DNA from: Polyangiaceae bacterium
GTDB taxonomy: Bacteria > Myxococcota_A > Polyangia > Polyangiales > Polyangiaceae
NCBI GenBank assembly: GCA_033763455.1
Contig: JANRKO010000006.1
Span: forward strand, 384,001 to 448,000
DNA: 64,000 bases
Direction of reading: 5' to 3'
Of the stretch, positions 1 through 9,627 are shown piece by piece. Below the pieces are notes generated by a model, which ran no database searches, was not told the DNA's origin, and worked only from the letters and a program-made list of their open reading frames with translations. Numbering within the stretch: the stretch's first letter is position 1; each line of letters opens with the position of its first letter. The translations under genes and the position numbers were made by a program.

Positions 1-722
1 GCGCATTCCCATTCGAGTTCGGCATACGGCACATTGGCGCGCCCGGCCAAAAGATGGCTGGTGCCCTGCACTGAATGGCAGAGGCCAACTGCCGCCACAG
101 GACTCGTTCTACCAGCGGCGAGCATCATCATGCTCATCGGATTGGTATAGTTGAGCACGAGTGCCTCTGGGCAGAGCCGCTCCACATCCTTCAACACTTC
201 TATCCACACGGGGATCGTGCGTAGCCCCTTAAAGAGCCCGCCGGGCCCGATGGTGTCCCCGATGCACTGATCGATACCGTACTTCAGCGGGATATCGTTG
301 TCGTGCTTCACGCATTCGACGCCACTTACCTCGATGCAGTTGACGATATAGTGCGAACCTTTGAGCACCTTCTTGCGATCACTCGAAGCTGTCACCTTCC
401 AGCGAGGCTTGCCGAGGGTTTCCAAGAGCTTCTGGATGAGGGCATGCATTGTCCTCAGCCTTTCCTCGTCGACATCTACGAGCGCGATTTCGCCAGCCTC
501 GGCGCCCGGCATCCGCAATACGTCGTTGACTAGGCGCGGTGTAAAAGCAGAGCCCGCCCCCAGCATGGTTAGCTTGAGGCTGCGGCCTAGCTTTCCGGGC
601 AGCCCCACGTCAGCCTCGGCCTCCTTCGTATGTTCTTGGTGCCCCCGATCGACCGCTTTTGCAGCCGGCTTTCGCGGAAGAGATTGGGCGGGGCCTCGAG
701 GTGCAGACGGGCTTTTGGGCAT
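1..722 (-). CDS. Family 4 glycoside hydrolase (NAD-dependent alpha-galactosidase/alpha-glucosidase, MelA-like); runs off the window's left edge
   Basis: Not in the ORF track. Manual minus-strand translation from ATG 722 gives ...KLTMLGAGSAFTPRLVND...IPLKYGIDQCIGDTIGPGGLFKGLRTIP...LNYTNPM...VGLCHSVQGT, which are GH4 motifs (GAGS Rossmann, NYTNP, GLCH). Confidence 0.9.
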   Translation of the reverse strand, partial: MPKSPSAPRGPAQSLPRKPAAKAVDRGHQEHTKEAEADVGLPGKLGRSLKLTMLGAGSAFTPRLVNDVLRMPGAEAGEIALVDVDEERLRTMHALIQKLLETLGKPRWKVTASSDRKKVLKGSHYIVNCIEVSGVECVKHDNDIPLKYGIDQCIGDTIGPGGLFKGLRTIPVWIEVLKDVERLCPEALVLNYTNPMSMMMLAAGRTSPVAAVGLCHSVQGTSHLLAGRANVPYAELEWEC

Positions 723-859
723 GTAATTCGCTCTCTTACTACCGTGTGTGGCCGCTTGCCAGCGCCCCTTGCCTTCTTTTACGCGACCCGGCGAGGAGTG
801 GGCGCCGTTCAGTCAGCGCTTTGCCAAGCTCAGAGCGCCCATGCTGTTGTCGTTCATCG

Positions 860-1768
860 TTACGGCCGGCGGCCGGTGTTTACCGCATGTTTAGGATGGG
901 TGATCCATTCACTGTAGGAGCCTGCATAGAGGCGCGGTAGCGGCAACCCGGCGTGGGCTGCGGCGAGCACATTGTGGCAAGCGGTGACTCCCGAGCCACA
1001 ATACATCACGCTGGTTGCGCCCGTGTCCGCGCCGGCGGCCTGAAAGCGTGCGCGTAGCTCCGAAGCGGTTCGAAACTTGCCGGCGTTGAGGTTCTCGCCG
1101 AACGGCAAGCTTTGGGCGGTAGGAATGTGCCCGGGGATCCGATCTATAGGCTCTACTTCACCTGCGTAGCGTTCGACCGCACGCGCATCGAAGAGGCGGG
1201 CATTACCACTCGCTATCGCGACCTCGACTTCTTCGGTGGTGCACAACCACGAGGCTTTGGGGGCAATACGTGGTGCGTCTTTTCTCTCGCGGATGTTTTT
1301 CATTGCTGCAGGTTCTTGGCTTACTGCACCAGAGGCTGCCAGCCAGCCGCTCCACCCGCCATCAAGCACTGCCTGCCCGCCTGGGTGCCTAAGCCAGCCC
1401 AGAAGCCACCATAGCCGAGCTGCAAAGGCACCGCCCACGTCGTCGTAGGCTACCACTTGCGTGTGTTCGGAGATCCCCCAGCTCTCGAGTTTCTCCCAGA
1501 AAATGAAGGGATCGGGCAGCGGGTGGCGCCCCGTCTTTCCCGCAATTATCGGGCCGGAAAGGTCTTTTTCAAGATCGGCGAAGATTGCGCCTGGGATGTG
1601 TGAAGCCGCATATGCTTGCGCACCGGCCTCCGGTGACCCGAGCGTGAATCTGCAATCAACGATGACCAACTGTGCTTCACCGGTTGAGCTCTTGGAGCCA
1701 TCGGTCGGGGCGCTTGCGGCCTCCATCAAGCCTACGAGCTCATCGGCTGAAATTAGCGTTTCAAACAC
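860..1768 (-). CDS. sseA: Tandem-rhodanese sulfurtransferase (3-mercaptopyruvate sulfurtransferase, SseA-like)
   Basis: HIPGAIFADL, GRHPLP, ARLWWLL, active site CGSGVTAC, LYAGSYSEW. Start set at GTG 1768, behind a GGAGG RBS. Confidence 0.88.
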   Translation of the reverse strand: MFETLISADELVGLMEAASAPTDGSKSSTGEAQLVIVDCRFTLGSPEAGAQAYAASHIPGAIFADLEKDLSGPIIAGKTGRHPLPDPFIFWEKLESWGISEHTQVVAYDDVGGAFAARLWWLLGWLRHPGGQAVLDGGWSGWLAASGAVSQEPAAMKNIRERKDAPRIAPKASWLCTTEEVEVAIASGNARLFDARAVERYAGEVEPIDRIPGHIPTAQSLPFGENLNAGKFRTASELRARFQAAGADTGATSVMYCGSGVTACHNVLAAAHAGLPLPRLYAGSYSEWITHPKHAVNTGRRP

Positions 1769-1782
1769 CAGTTTACCTCCGC

Positions 1783-2082
1783 TCAGCCATTCCTTCGGCT
1801 GCGCAGTGTAAGCCACTCAGCGGCCGCTCCCAGGCGCCCTTGTTCACCACGTACACGGTCAATCCAATGGCGAAGCCCGGCGGGGCTCATGAGCGTTTCT
1901 GGTCTGTTGGATGTAGGTGCTTCTCGGAGCGTGCCTGTTTCGAGGGTGGCCTCTACGGTCTGCTCGGCCAGCGCCGACGCCACAGCCAGGACCTTGTTGA
2001 GTTGCTCCTCTAGCCACTCGGGCTCTCCACGCCCCGAGAAACGCACAGTTCCCACACGGACGTTGATTTCCGCTTTCGCCAT
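1783..2082 (-). CDS. Small hypothetical protein (99 aa)
   Basis: ATG 2082, MAKAEINVRVGTVRFSGRGEPEWLEEQLNKVL. Protein-like composition; ends just upstream of the sseA RBS. Confidence 0.6.
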   Translation of the reverse strand: MAKAEINVRVGTVRFSGRGEPEWLEEQLNKVLAVASALAEQTVEATLETGTLREAPTSNRPETLMSPAGLRHWIDRVRGEQGRLGAAAEWLTLRSRRNG

Positions 2083-2217
2083 TTTCCGCAATTTCCCAAA
2101 AGCCTGTCTGGACCGCTTCCCGGCGCTACGAGGTAACCTAGAGAGCCGGACGGTACACCAGTTTCCACGGGGGCTCGAGGGTGCGATAGATCCCCCCGGG
2201 GCCTCTTGGGGCGAGCG

Positions 2218-2239
2218 AGTACTTAGCATGCTAAGTACT
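2218..2239. promoter_or_regulatory. Perfect 22-bp palindrome AGTACTTAGCATGCTAAGTACT, putative operator
   Basis: Self-complementary over 22 nt, AT-rich, in the middle of a divergent intergenic region. Confidence 0.55.
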
Positions 2240-2425
2240 GCTTGTTGGGCGGAGATGCCCCCCGCGCGTCGTCCAGTACGACAAAATGCCGATCAACAGC
2301 TCCCTCGGCCCAACCTCAGCACCGTCACGGGGCCGCCCCGCGGGTGGCCACCGAAGGCTGGAACCCGGGACGAAGGTGAGCCGTGAGGGCCCCGCGCAAC
2401 CGTGTCGTTGTGGTATGGGGCCGCC

Positions 2426-3571
2426 ATGCTGACTGCAGAAGGATGTCGTGGGCGCCGCGAGCGGCTTTGGAAACACATACAATTGGACTTGGGCGAAGTG
2501 GACGCGGTTCTGATCACGGAGCCGGCCCACGTCACGTACCTCTCGGGGTTTTGTCTCTCGGCCTACGAGTTTCGCTCTGTGTTGGCCGCTGCGTGGCTGG
2601 TGCTGCACTCGAATGGGCGAGCTGTTCTTGTAGCGGATAATCTCCTTCGCCCTTACGCAGATGCGGCGTTCGTGGACGAGATCATTGACCCCGTGTGGTA
2701 CAATGGAAACGCAAGTGCAGGTTCGCGCCGCGAGCTGTTGGTCGCTGGGGCTAAACAAGCGCTCGGCAACCTTGGTACGCGGCGTGTGGCCTTGGAAGGG
2801 GCTAGCGCTCCACTTTCGGTGGTGGATAAGCTCCGGGAAGGCGGCGCCACGTGGGTGGATCTTGGCCAAGCGCTCGCCGTTCTACGGGCGAAAAAAGACG
2901 CTGACGAGATCGCGGTGTTTCGTCGCTCGGTGGCGGCGGGTGAAGCGGGGCATGCCGCGGCCCTCCGCGAACTACGCCCGAAAATGACTGAATACGACCT
3001 CTATCACCTTGTGCGACGAGCGGTCGAGGTGTCGCTCGGCGAGCCAGCCCAGGTGTACGGTGACTTCGTTTCCGGTCCGCGCTGTGAGGAAATCGGAGGG
3101 TTCGCCTCCGCGCGCGTGATCGAGAAGGGAGATTTGGTGCTTTTGGATTTCTCAGTGGTGGTGCAAGGCTACCGTTGTGATTTTGCCAACACATTCGTGT
3201 GTGACGGCGAACCGAAAGCCGACCTACAGGAGGCCTTTTTGGCCTGCAGAGCAGCGATGGACGTGGGTGAGAAAGCTGCTCGTGCTGGGGTCCCTTGTCG
3301 CACGGTCGACGAAGCCGTGCGCGCAAGCCTTGGTGAGCGGCGCTCGAACTTTCTGACACATTCTGGGCACGGCCTCGGGCTCGGTCATCCGGAGACGCCT
3401 TTCATCGTGCCGGCGAGCACCGATACCTTACAAAGCGGCAACATCATCACGATTGAACCAGGCCAATACGTTCCGGGTGCCTATGGGCTCCGAATCGAGC
3501 GCAATTACCTGGTGACAGAAGCTGGGCTTGAGGTGCTTTCGAAGCACGAAATACGGCTCACGCAGATCTAA
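2426..3571 (+). CDS. Xaa-Pro peptidase, M24B family (creatinase N-domain plus pita-bread domain)
   Basis: DLVLLDF..GYRCDFANT, HSGHGLGL..PE, TIEPG, GLRIERNYLVT metal-ligand motifs. Confidence 0.9.
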   Translation: MLTAEGCRGRRERLWKHIQLDLGEVDAVLITEPAHVTYLSGFCLSAYEFRSVLAAAWLVLHSNGRAVLVADNLLRPYADAAFVDEIIDPVWYNGNASAGSRRELLVAGAKQALGNLGTRRVALEGASAPLSVVDKLREGGATWVDLGQALAVLRAKKDADEIAVFRRSVAAGEAGHAAALRELRPKMTEYDLYHLVRRAVEVSLGEPAQVYGDFVSGPRCEEIGGFASARVIEKGDLVLLDFSVVVQGYRCDFANTFVCDGEPKADLQEAFLACRAAMDVGEKAARAGVPCRTVDEAVRASLGERRSNFLTHSGHGLGLGHPETPFIVPASTDTLQSGNIITIEPGQYVPGAYGLRIERNYLVTEAGLEVLSKHEIRLTQI

Positions 3572-3589
3572 CCCCCGCACGGCCCCGGC

Positions 3590-5914
3590 TCAAAAGGTGG
3601 CGTCGACCCCGATATTAGGGATGGTGAAGGGGCCTGCCACTGTAGATTCACAGCTTCGCGGACCGCACTCGCGCCGCACGACTTCCTTGTTCAACGTTGC
3701 GTTGAAGACCTCCAAATGCACACCGATGTCGCGATTGGGTCCCAGGACCCAGCGTTTTTCGGCACGCAAATCCAGTCGAAAGAAGCTTGAGGCGCGATCG
3801 GCGGAATCATAACGAGGGCCATCGTCGGTCAGGCGGCGGGTGGGGACACCCGTATAGAAAACACCACGCCCGCCCAACTGGTACCCCCGGTCAAAACGGT
3901 AACCGATACCGAAATTCGCGACGTGGGTGCGGTCGAACGCGGAAACCCCTTCGGACTTTCCGTACGCACGCGTGGTGCGCGACAGGGTGTACGAAAGCTG
4001 CCCCGAGAGGCGTTCGGTAAGCGCTCGGCGCAGATCTAATTCCAAGCCTACGGCGCGACCCAACGCACGGCTATCGCGGCTCTCGGCGTCGACGTCCGCT
4101 TGGCCCATGGTACCCAGTGGATCATTTAAATCAAAAAAGATGGACTGAAAAGTGGTGGCTGTGCCGGTAATCTGAAGAGGTAAGTGGGTTTTGGCGCCAA
4201 AACTGTGTTGCGCGCTGGATTGCAGCCCACCTTTGAGCCCGGCCACGCGAGCGCCCGGAACTGCCGGCAGGAAGCTCGGTGGCTGGTGTAAAAGGCCGAG
4301 CGACTGAAAAAGGGAAGATTCTGGTGTTAGCTGGTAGACCGCAGAGATGCGCGGATCAACGCCCAGCTCGGTTTGGCCTAGGGAATGATAGCGATCCACT
4401 CGGATACCCGGAGTTACACGTACCCGCCCGAGGCGCCACTCTGTTTCCGCAAACGCAGCGTAGGTGGCATCCATTCGCGTGGGAAAAAGGGCTTTCAAAT
4501 CGGCATAGTTGGCCGCGTCTCTCCCCACGTTGAGCACAAAGAAGTCGAGGGCCGCGTCGCCACCTAAAGTGAAGCTAGCGTTGTCGGCAAAGTCCGTGGA
4601 TAGCGCGCTCCTCGCCCGTAGAGTCCTATCCACCAAGTAGCCGAGGGTGGTGCGGGAGCGATCGATACCGAGAGTTACCGCCGATTCGAGCTTGGTGGAA
4701 GCGTCGAAGTGCCCCGTGTGTCGTAGATCGACCCGGTGAAATTCTGTCCCCGCGAAGTCCCGGTTGTTGTCGGCGAAGTAATCGTACGCTCCGAACGCAA
4801 AAACACCGATCGAATTCTGTGATGTGAGCTTGTAATCAGTGCGAGCCTGGTAATCCCAATACGCAATGCTTGCATCCGTGAAGAGAGAGGCAATCAGGCC
4901 CGTGTAAGAATAGCGCCCCGCCAACAGCATTTGGCCATTCCCATTGGCAAATGGCGCATGCACTAAGCCTCCTGCGTCCAACACTCGGACCGAAGCTTCT
5001 CCTCCGAATCGAGGTGGTGGGGGCGTTGTTTTGGAAGAAATAATGGCGCCGGCGTAGCGGCCGAGTTCTGCTGGAGGCCCTCCGCGGTAAAGATCAACAC
5101 GCTCAATGAGCGATGGGTGGATTACCTGCGGACCCAGGAAAGCGTGAAATAGGAGCGGAACGCTCACGCCGTCGATAAAATAACCGACGTTGCCAGGCGG
5201 CGCGCCACGGATGAAGAAGAAGGGCAGCCCCGACACCACCGACGTGACCCCAGGCAGGCTCTCGATCGCACGGAAGGGATCGCAGAAAGCCCCGGGCAAT
5301 TGCCGCGCTTCAGCCCTGCTCACAGAAGAAGTGTCCGCTGGCACATCCGCTCCGAGGACCGTTACTTCGAGGGGGCGAGCTTCGGCCGCTCGGGCTAGCG
5401 CCGTGCTATCGGATCCCTGCTCACCTTTGGGTGCGGCGGTCGGTTCGCTTGGCGGAGCCTGTTCGAAGCGCACCTCGTAGCGGATCTTCGCAGCCACAGG
5501 CTTCCCCGCTTGTATGGCAGGAACAAACTTCCATCTCAGCGCCTGCTCTTCAGCGGCACCGGTAAACGGGGGGGCGCCTCGCACAGCCCGGGCCAAGACT
5601 ACTTCGCCTGTCGCGCTGACGATTAACTCCAGCTCCACCACACTACTTCCCGTGGCGCCCTCCGGGTATTGGGAGATAGCCTGGATGGGCGAAGGTGGGG
5701 TAATGCTGGGTGGATGCACCGCGTTGGGGCTAGTGGAAACCAGCGCGGGCGACGAGCCAGCTTGAGGGTGTGGATCCGGCGCGTTAGGCGCCGCCTGCGC
5801 CAACCCTAGGGTGAACAAGGTGGCGCACCAAAGATCCCCCAAGAACCCCAAAAGCAGCGAAGGTCGGGGGCGAAGCCTCGGCAATTGGGCGCTGATTGGA
5901 GAGAACGGCGGCAC
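3590..5914 (-). CDS. TonB-dependent receptor with fused N-terminal TonB C-terminal domain (myxobacterial type)
   Basis: Signal peptide, Pro-rich linker, TonB_C (YPEGA..VELELIVSATGEV..WKFVPA..GKPV), plug (DPFRAIESLPGV..FIRGAPPGN..YFIDG), barrel ending in F. Start uncertain. Confidence 0.85.
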   Translation of the reverse strand: MPPFSPISAQLPRLRPRPSLLLGFLGDLWCATLFTLGLAQAAPNAPDPHPQAGSSPALVSTSPNAVHPPSITPPSPIQAISQYPEGATGSSVVELELIVSATGEVVLARAVRGAPPFTGAAEEQALRWKFVPAIQAGKPVAAKIRYEVRFEQAPPSEPTAAPKGEQGSDSTALARAAEARPLEVTVLGADVPADTSSVSRAEARQLPGAFCDPFRAIESLPGVTSVVSGLPFFFIRGAPPGNVGYFIDGVSVPLLFHAFLGPQVIHPSLIERVDLYRGGPPAELGRYAGAIISSKTTPPPPRFGGEASVRVLDAGGLVHAPFANGNGQMLLAGRYSYTGLIASLFTDASIAYWDYQARTDYKLTSQNSIGVFAFGAYDYFADNNRDFAGTEFHRVDLRHTGHFDASTKLESAVTLGIDRSRTTLGYLVDRTLRARSALSTDFADNASFTLGGDAALDFFVLNVGRDAANYADLKALFPTRMDATYAAFAETEWRLGRVRVTPGIRVDRYHSLGQTELGVDPRISAVYQLTPESSLFQSLGLLHQPPSFLPAVPGARVAGLKGGLQSSAQHSFGAKTHLPLQITGTATTFQSIFFDLNDPLGTMGQADVDAESRDSRALGRAVGLELDLRRALTERLSGQLSYTLSRTTRAYGKSEGVSAFDRTHVANFGIGYRFDRGYQLGGRGVFYTGVPTRRLTDDGPRYDSADRASSFFRLDLRAEKRWVLGPNRDIGVHLEVFNATLNKEVVRRECGPRSCESTVAGPFTIPNIGVDATF

Positions 5915-5946
5915 TTCGCTGAGTCCAACTGTATACTGATTCGGTC

Positions 5947-7626
5947 ATGGCGTCGGCCCTAGGTCGTTCACTTCGTTACTTCCTCTTGGCTGCCGCCAAT
6001 ACTTCAGTATTCGGCGCCGCGGCCTGCACCACGGTTGAGGGTGGAGTCTCTGGGTTTGGCGAAAAAGTGCTGCGCCCTGAGGACTCGTATGTGGACGGTC
6101 CCGGTCGGCAGTTAGCCACTGGTGTCTTCACTCAATTCGCGCTCGATCCAGTAGCGCCTACGGGCCCTCACGTGATTTCTTTTCAGCACAAAGATGCTGG
6201 TGTGGCGTTGGTGTCCATCCCCTTCGATGGTACCCCGAGTTGCGAGCTCGGGCCTGCGATCGCTTACAGTGTTTTTGCGAGCACAGGCGAGGTGCCACGC
6301 CGGATTTCCTATCTCGAAAGTGGAGGCTCTAAACGTCTGAGCGGCCTTTTGCGCTTCGGTGACTACGAGTGTCAGCACTATATGGATCCGATACCGGACG
6401 CGACGTTACCCGCTCAAACAGGGGACGCTCAAAGTTTCCTCACGCTCACGGGGCCAGGCGAGCTCTTGCGGCTCAACCCGTGGCAAGAAACGAAGCAAGT
6501 GCTGGCGCAGAACGTCCAACAATACGAAATTTCCAATCACCAGAAGCTTCCCCCAAGATCGATGTGGCTGCTGGAGTCTGGAAAGCTGTTGTTGCGAGAT
6601 GTCGAAGGCAAGGAGCTCGCGAGCTTCGGCGAACAGGTCGGCGAGTATCGAGCGTTTTCGGCGAGTCCCGAGGGTACAGCGTGGGTCGCAATGTACGCGG
6701 AGCCTGGTGGTATTTTCATGGTGCCGGACACTCTCGGTATGCCGACTCGGATAGCAGACACAGGCTGTGCCTTGGCATTGCTCTCAAGCCCAGTCGAGGC
6801 GCGTGGCCCGTGGCTCAGCTACTTCTCGCCATGCGAAAAAGGCGCACTCGCGCTGCAGCATCTCGGCACCAATGAGCGGTTGAACATTGCCGAAGGGGTC
6901 ACCACCGTACCCCGGTTTGTGAATACGGTGCTTGGGCTGAGCTTGCTCTACTTGCAAGGTGGAAACGGGCGCGTTGGAACCCTAACGTTAACGCCATTTC
7001 GCGGAATGCCTTTGAAAGTGGCGGAGCTGGTTGATTGGCGCGTGGTGGGGCCAGGCGCGGGGGATAAGCTGCGGGTGTTAGCCGACAGTGATGGTTCGGT
7101 TGGCAGGCTTGTAGATATTGACCTCAAAACCCAGGCCGTATCCGAGTTGGCTACGCGGGTACTTCCAGACTTTGGGTTAGGCTTGTTAATCAATTTTGAC
7201 GGGAAAACCGGGGATTGGGCTCAGGTGGACGCCGCGGGGAGCGTACGGACGATCACGACGGGCGTGCCTTTTCACTCACCGTTGGTGGTGAAGGATTGGG
7301 TGCTTGCTCTCGATCACATGAGTGGCCCAACCGGGCGCCTGGTAGCGTTAAATCCAGCACTGAGCTCGCTCACCCCGGTTGCTGAAGGGGTTCCTCCGGG
7401 CGGTTTCTCCATCGTGGAAGAATCTCCCGTGGCTTTGTACATCACTCGCTATCAGGCGGAGCTCGGCACCGGGCAACTCCGCGCGCAGCTTCTCACTACG
7501 GGTGACGATCTTGCGGTGAGCGAGGGTGTTGGAGAGTTTGAAGTGACCCTCTGGCCGAAGCCCGGCGTGCTCTACGCCATACCCACGGGTGCCCGTCAGG
7601 GGCTTTGGTTTGCAGCAGCCCGCTAA
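5947..7626 (+). CDS. Hypothetical lipoprotein, all-beta/propeller-like
   Basis: 559-aa ORF with lipobox-like FGAAAC and beta-rich repeats. Confidence 0.65.
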   Translation: MASALGRSLRYFLLAAANTSVFGAAACTTVEGGVSGFGEKVLRPEDSYVDGPGRQLATGVFTQFALDPVAPTGPHVISFQHKDAGVALVSIPFDGTPSCELGPAIAYSVFASTGEVPRRISYLESGGSKRLSGLLRFGDYECQHYMDPIPDATLPAQTGDAQSFLTLTGPGELLRLNPWQETKQVLAQNVQQYEISNHQKLPPRSMWLLESGKLLLRDVEGKELASFGEQVGEYRAFSASPEGTAWVAMYAEPGGIFMVPDTLGMPTRIADTGCALALLSSPVEARGPWLSYFSPCEKGALALQHLGTNERLNIAEGVTTVPRFVNTVLGLSLLYLQGGNGRVGTLTLTPFRGMPLKVAELVDWRVVGPGAGDKLRVLADSDGSVGRLVDIDLKTQAVSELATRVLPDFGLGLLINFDGKTGDWAQVDAAGSVRTITTGVPFHSPLVVKDWVLALDHMSGPTGRLVALNPALSSLTPVAEGVPPGGFSIVEESPVALYITRYQAELGTGQLRAQLLTTGDDLAVSEGVGEFEVTLWPKPGVLYAIPTGARQGLWFAAAR

Positions 7627-7757
7627 GGCTGCGCCATCGGGTGTGTGCCAGCTTCAACCCGCGTGACTCGAGTGTCATGGGATAGGGTGACCCTAGGGTT
7701 AACCCGATCCACGCGGTTGTTTCGAGAATATCTCAAGAAGAGGCCAATCTAGTATCG

Positions 7758-7775
7758 CTGGAACGGAATGTGCTT
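7758..7775 (+). promoter_or_regulatory. Sigma-54 (-24/-12) promoter of the 7801-12354 operon
   Basis: CTGGAACGGAATGTGCTT: GG and GC separated by exactly 10 nt; GGAGG RBS and ATG 7801 follow. Confidence 0.6.
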
Positions 7776-7800
7776 AGATGCGTGCTCGGAGGTTTTCCTC

Positions 7801-9591
7801 ATGAAGCATCGGGTGAGCAAGAATCAGTTTGGGCGCCAGTGGTTGTGGGCATTCATGATGGGGGCGGCCGGTGGGTTAGCGGCGGGCTGCAGTGCTGACG
7901 AGTCGCTCAGTGCTCGCGCGAGTGGTGGCTCAGGCTTTAGCCCGTCGGCACCGACTGCGATTTCTGGTCCGGATTTGTTGGGCCCTGGTAACGGTGCAAG
8001 TGCTAGCGGTGGTGCCGCGAGTGCCCCGATGTTGCCTCCCGAAAAGGAAGTGCCCATCGATTCCGAGCGTCCGCACGCGGGAGATCGCTTTGTGTACGTG
8101 CCGAATCCTCAAAGCGACAACGTCGCGGTGATCGATGCCGATACGTTGGCGATTCGCACCGTGGAAGTTGGGGACGAGCCTCGTTACTTGGAGACGCTTG
8201 GGGGCAAAGATGTGGCCATTGTGCTGAACGTGCTTTCCGACGATGCACATATCCTTCGCACTGACGCCATGGGTACGACTTCTCCGCACCGCCTAGAAGT
8301 GTTGTCGGGTTCGAACGCCATCGCCGTAGCTCCGGATGGAAAACACGCCATCACGTACTTCGATGCTGCACGCGGCATCGGGGGGCGAACGGGCAGTTTT
8401 CAGGATGTGAACTTGATAACCATCGGGGCTGACGCCGGAGCCGACGCTTCCGTCGGGCTTTCTGTGGGTTTTCGCCCAAGTCGGGTGTTTTTCAACCAAG
8501 CCTCCACCGAGGCCTACGTAGTAACGGAAGACGGCGTTTCGATCGTTAACTTTGCGGCACTTGAAAAGGGAGGCATTCCCAAAACAGTGGCTGTTGCGCC
8601 CCGTGAGCAGGCCAAGGTGCTAGACGTATCCGTTACTCCAGACGGTCAGTTCGCGCTCGGGCGTGTGCCCGGAGAAAGCTCGATCAGGCTCGTGGAGCTC
8701 GCGACCGGTGCCATCAAGATCCTAGACTTTAAGGATATTATTCATCAGGATCCGATACCGACCCCGTCGGGAGCGGCGGGCTCCGCGTCCATGGCTGGTG
8801 CTGCCGGGATGGCTGGCGTTGGCAATGTGGGCGGCGGGTCGAACACGCCGCCGCCTGCGCTCGATCTTTCGGACCTAGATGTTGCGGCTAGCGGCGAGTT
8901 TGCCATTGCAGTGGTGAGGAACTTGAGCATGGTGGTGCGCATTCCTGTACCCGGAGGGTTCGCTGTACCAAATACGGCGACAACCCTCCCGATTACAGGC
9001 GAAGCGATCGGTTCGGTGGTGTTGGCTCCCGATGGCAAGAAGGCATTGCTTTACACAACGGCACAGGCCGGTGTGGAACGAGTGACAACTCTCGATCTGG
9101 TGAGCAATCAGTTCTCCGTACAGGATTTGCGAAAGTCCACCCAAGCAGTAGCGATTAGCGGCGACGGCAAGGTCGCTCTCGTTGTGCACGATAAAGTCGC
9201 AGGCGATCCTGCGGAGCCGGGCATCGACCAAGACGTGATGATCGACCGATCTTATGGCTACAGCCTAATCCAGCTGGATAAGGGCTTCGCCAAGCTTCAA
9301 CTCACGCAAACCAACGTGGGGCCATTTAGCATTACGCCAGATAGCAGTGCACTTTTCTTGTTATTCAAAGCTACGGGCGTGGCTGAAATTCAGCGTGTGG
9401 GCCTTGATAACTTTAGCGTTACACGGATCTCCGTCGGCAGCCCTCCGTTGTCTCTGGGTGCCGTTCCGCGAACCCAAAAGGTGTTCGTTGGCCAGGAGCA
9501 TCCCGATGGGCGCATTACGTTCGTAGATTTTGCCGGCAAGAACGTCGAAAGCGTGACCGGCTTTGAGAAGAATAGTCGCATCCGCGAGTGA
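7801..9591 (+). CDS. YncE/YVTN-like beta-propeller lipoprotein
   Basis: Lipobox LAAGC; VYVPNPQSDNVAVIDADT..VEVGDEP; repeated [AV]xPDGK blades. Confidence 0.75.
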   Translation: MKHRVSKNQFGRQWLWAFMMGAAGGLAAGCSADESLSARASGGSGFSPSAPTAISGPDLLGPGNGASASGGAASAPMLPPEKEVPIDSERPHAGDRFVYVPNPQSDNVAVIDADTLAIRTVEVGDEPRYLETLGGKDVAIVLNVLSDDAHILRTDAMGTTSPHRLEVLSGSNAIAVAPDGKHAITYFDAARGIGGRTGSFQDVNLITIGADAGADASVGLSVGFRPSRVFFNQASTEAYVVTEDGVSIVNFAALEKGGIPKTVAVAPREQAKVLDVSVTPDGQFALGRVPGESSIRLVELATGAIKILDFKDIIHQDPIPTPSGAAGSASMAGAAGMAGVGNVGGGSNTPPPALDLSDLDVAASGEFAIAVVRNLSMVVRIPVPGGFAVPNTATTLPITGEAIGSVVLAPDGKKALLYTTAQAGVERVTTLDLVSNQFSVQDLRKSTQAVAISGDGKVALVVHDKVAGDPAEPGIDQDVMIDRSYGYSLIQLDKGFAKLQLTQTNVGPFSITPDSSALFLLFKATGVAEIQRVGLDNFSVTRISVGSPPLSLGAVPRTQKVFVGQEHPDGRITFVDFAGKNVESVTGFEKNSRIRE

Positions 9592-9627
9592 TGGGGGTTT
9601 CGCGTCAAGCCCTTACCAAGGAGAGCC

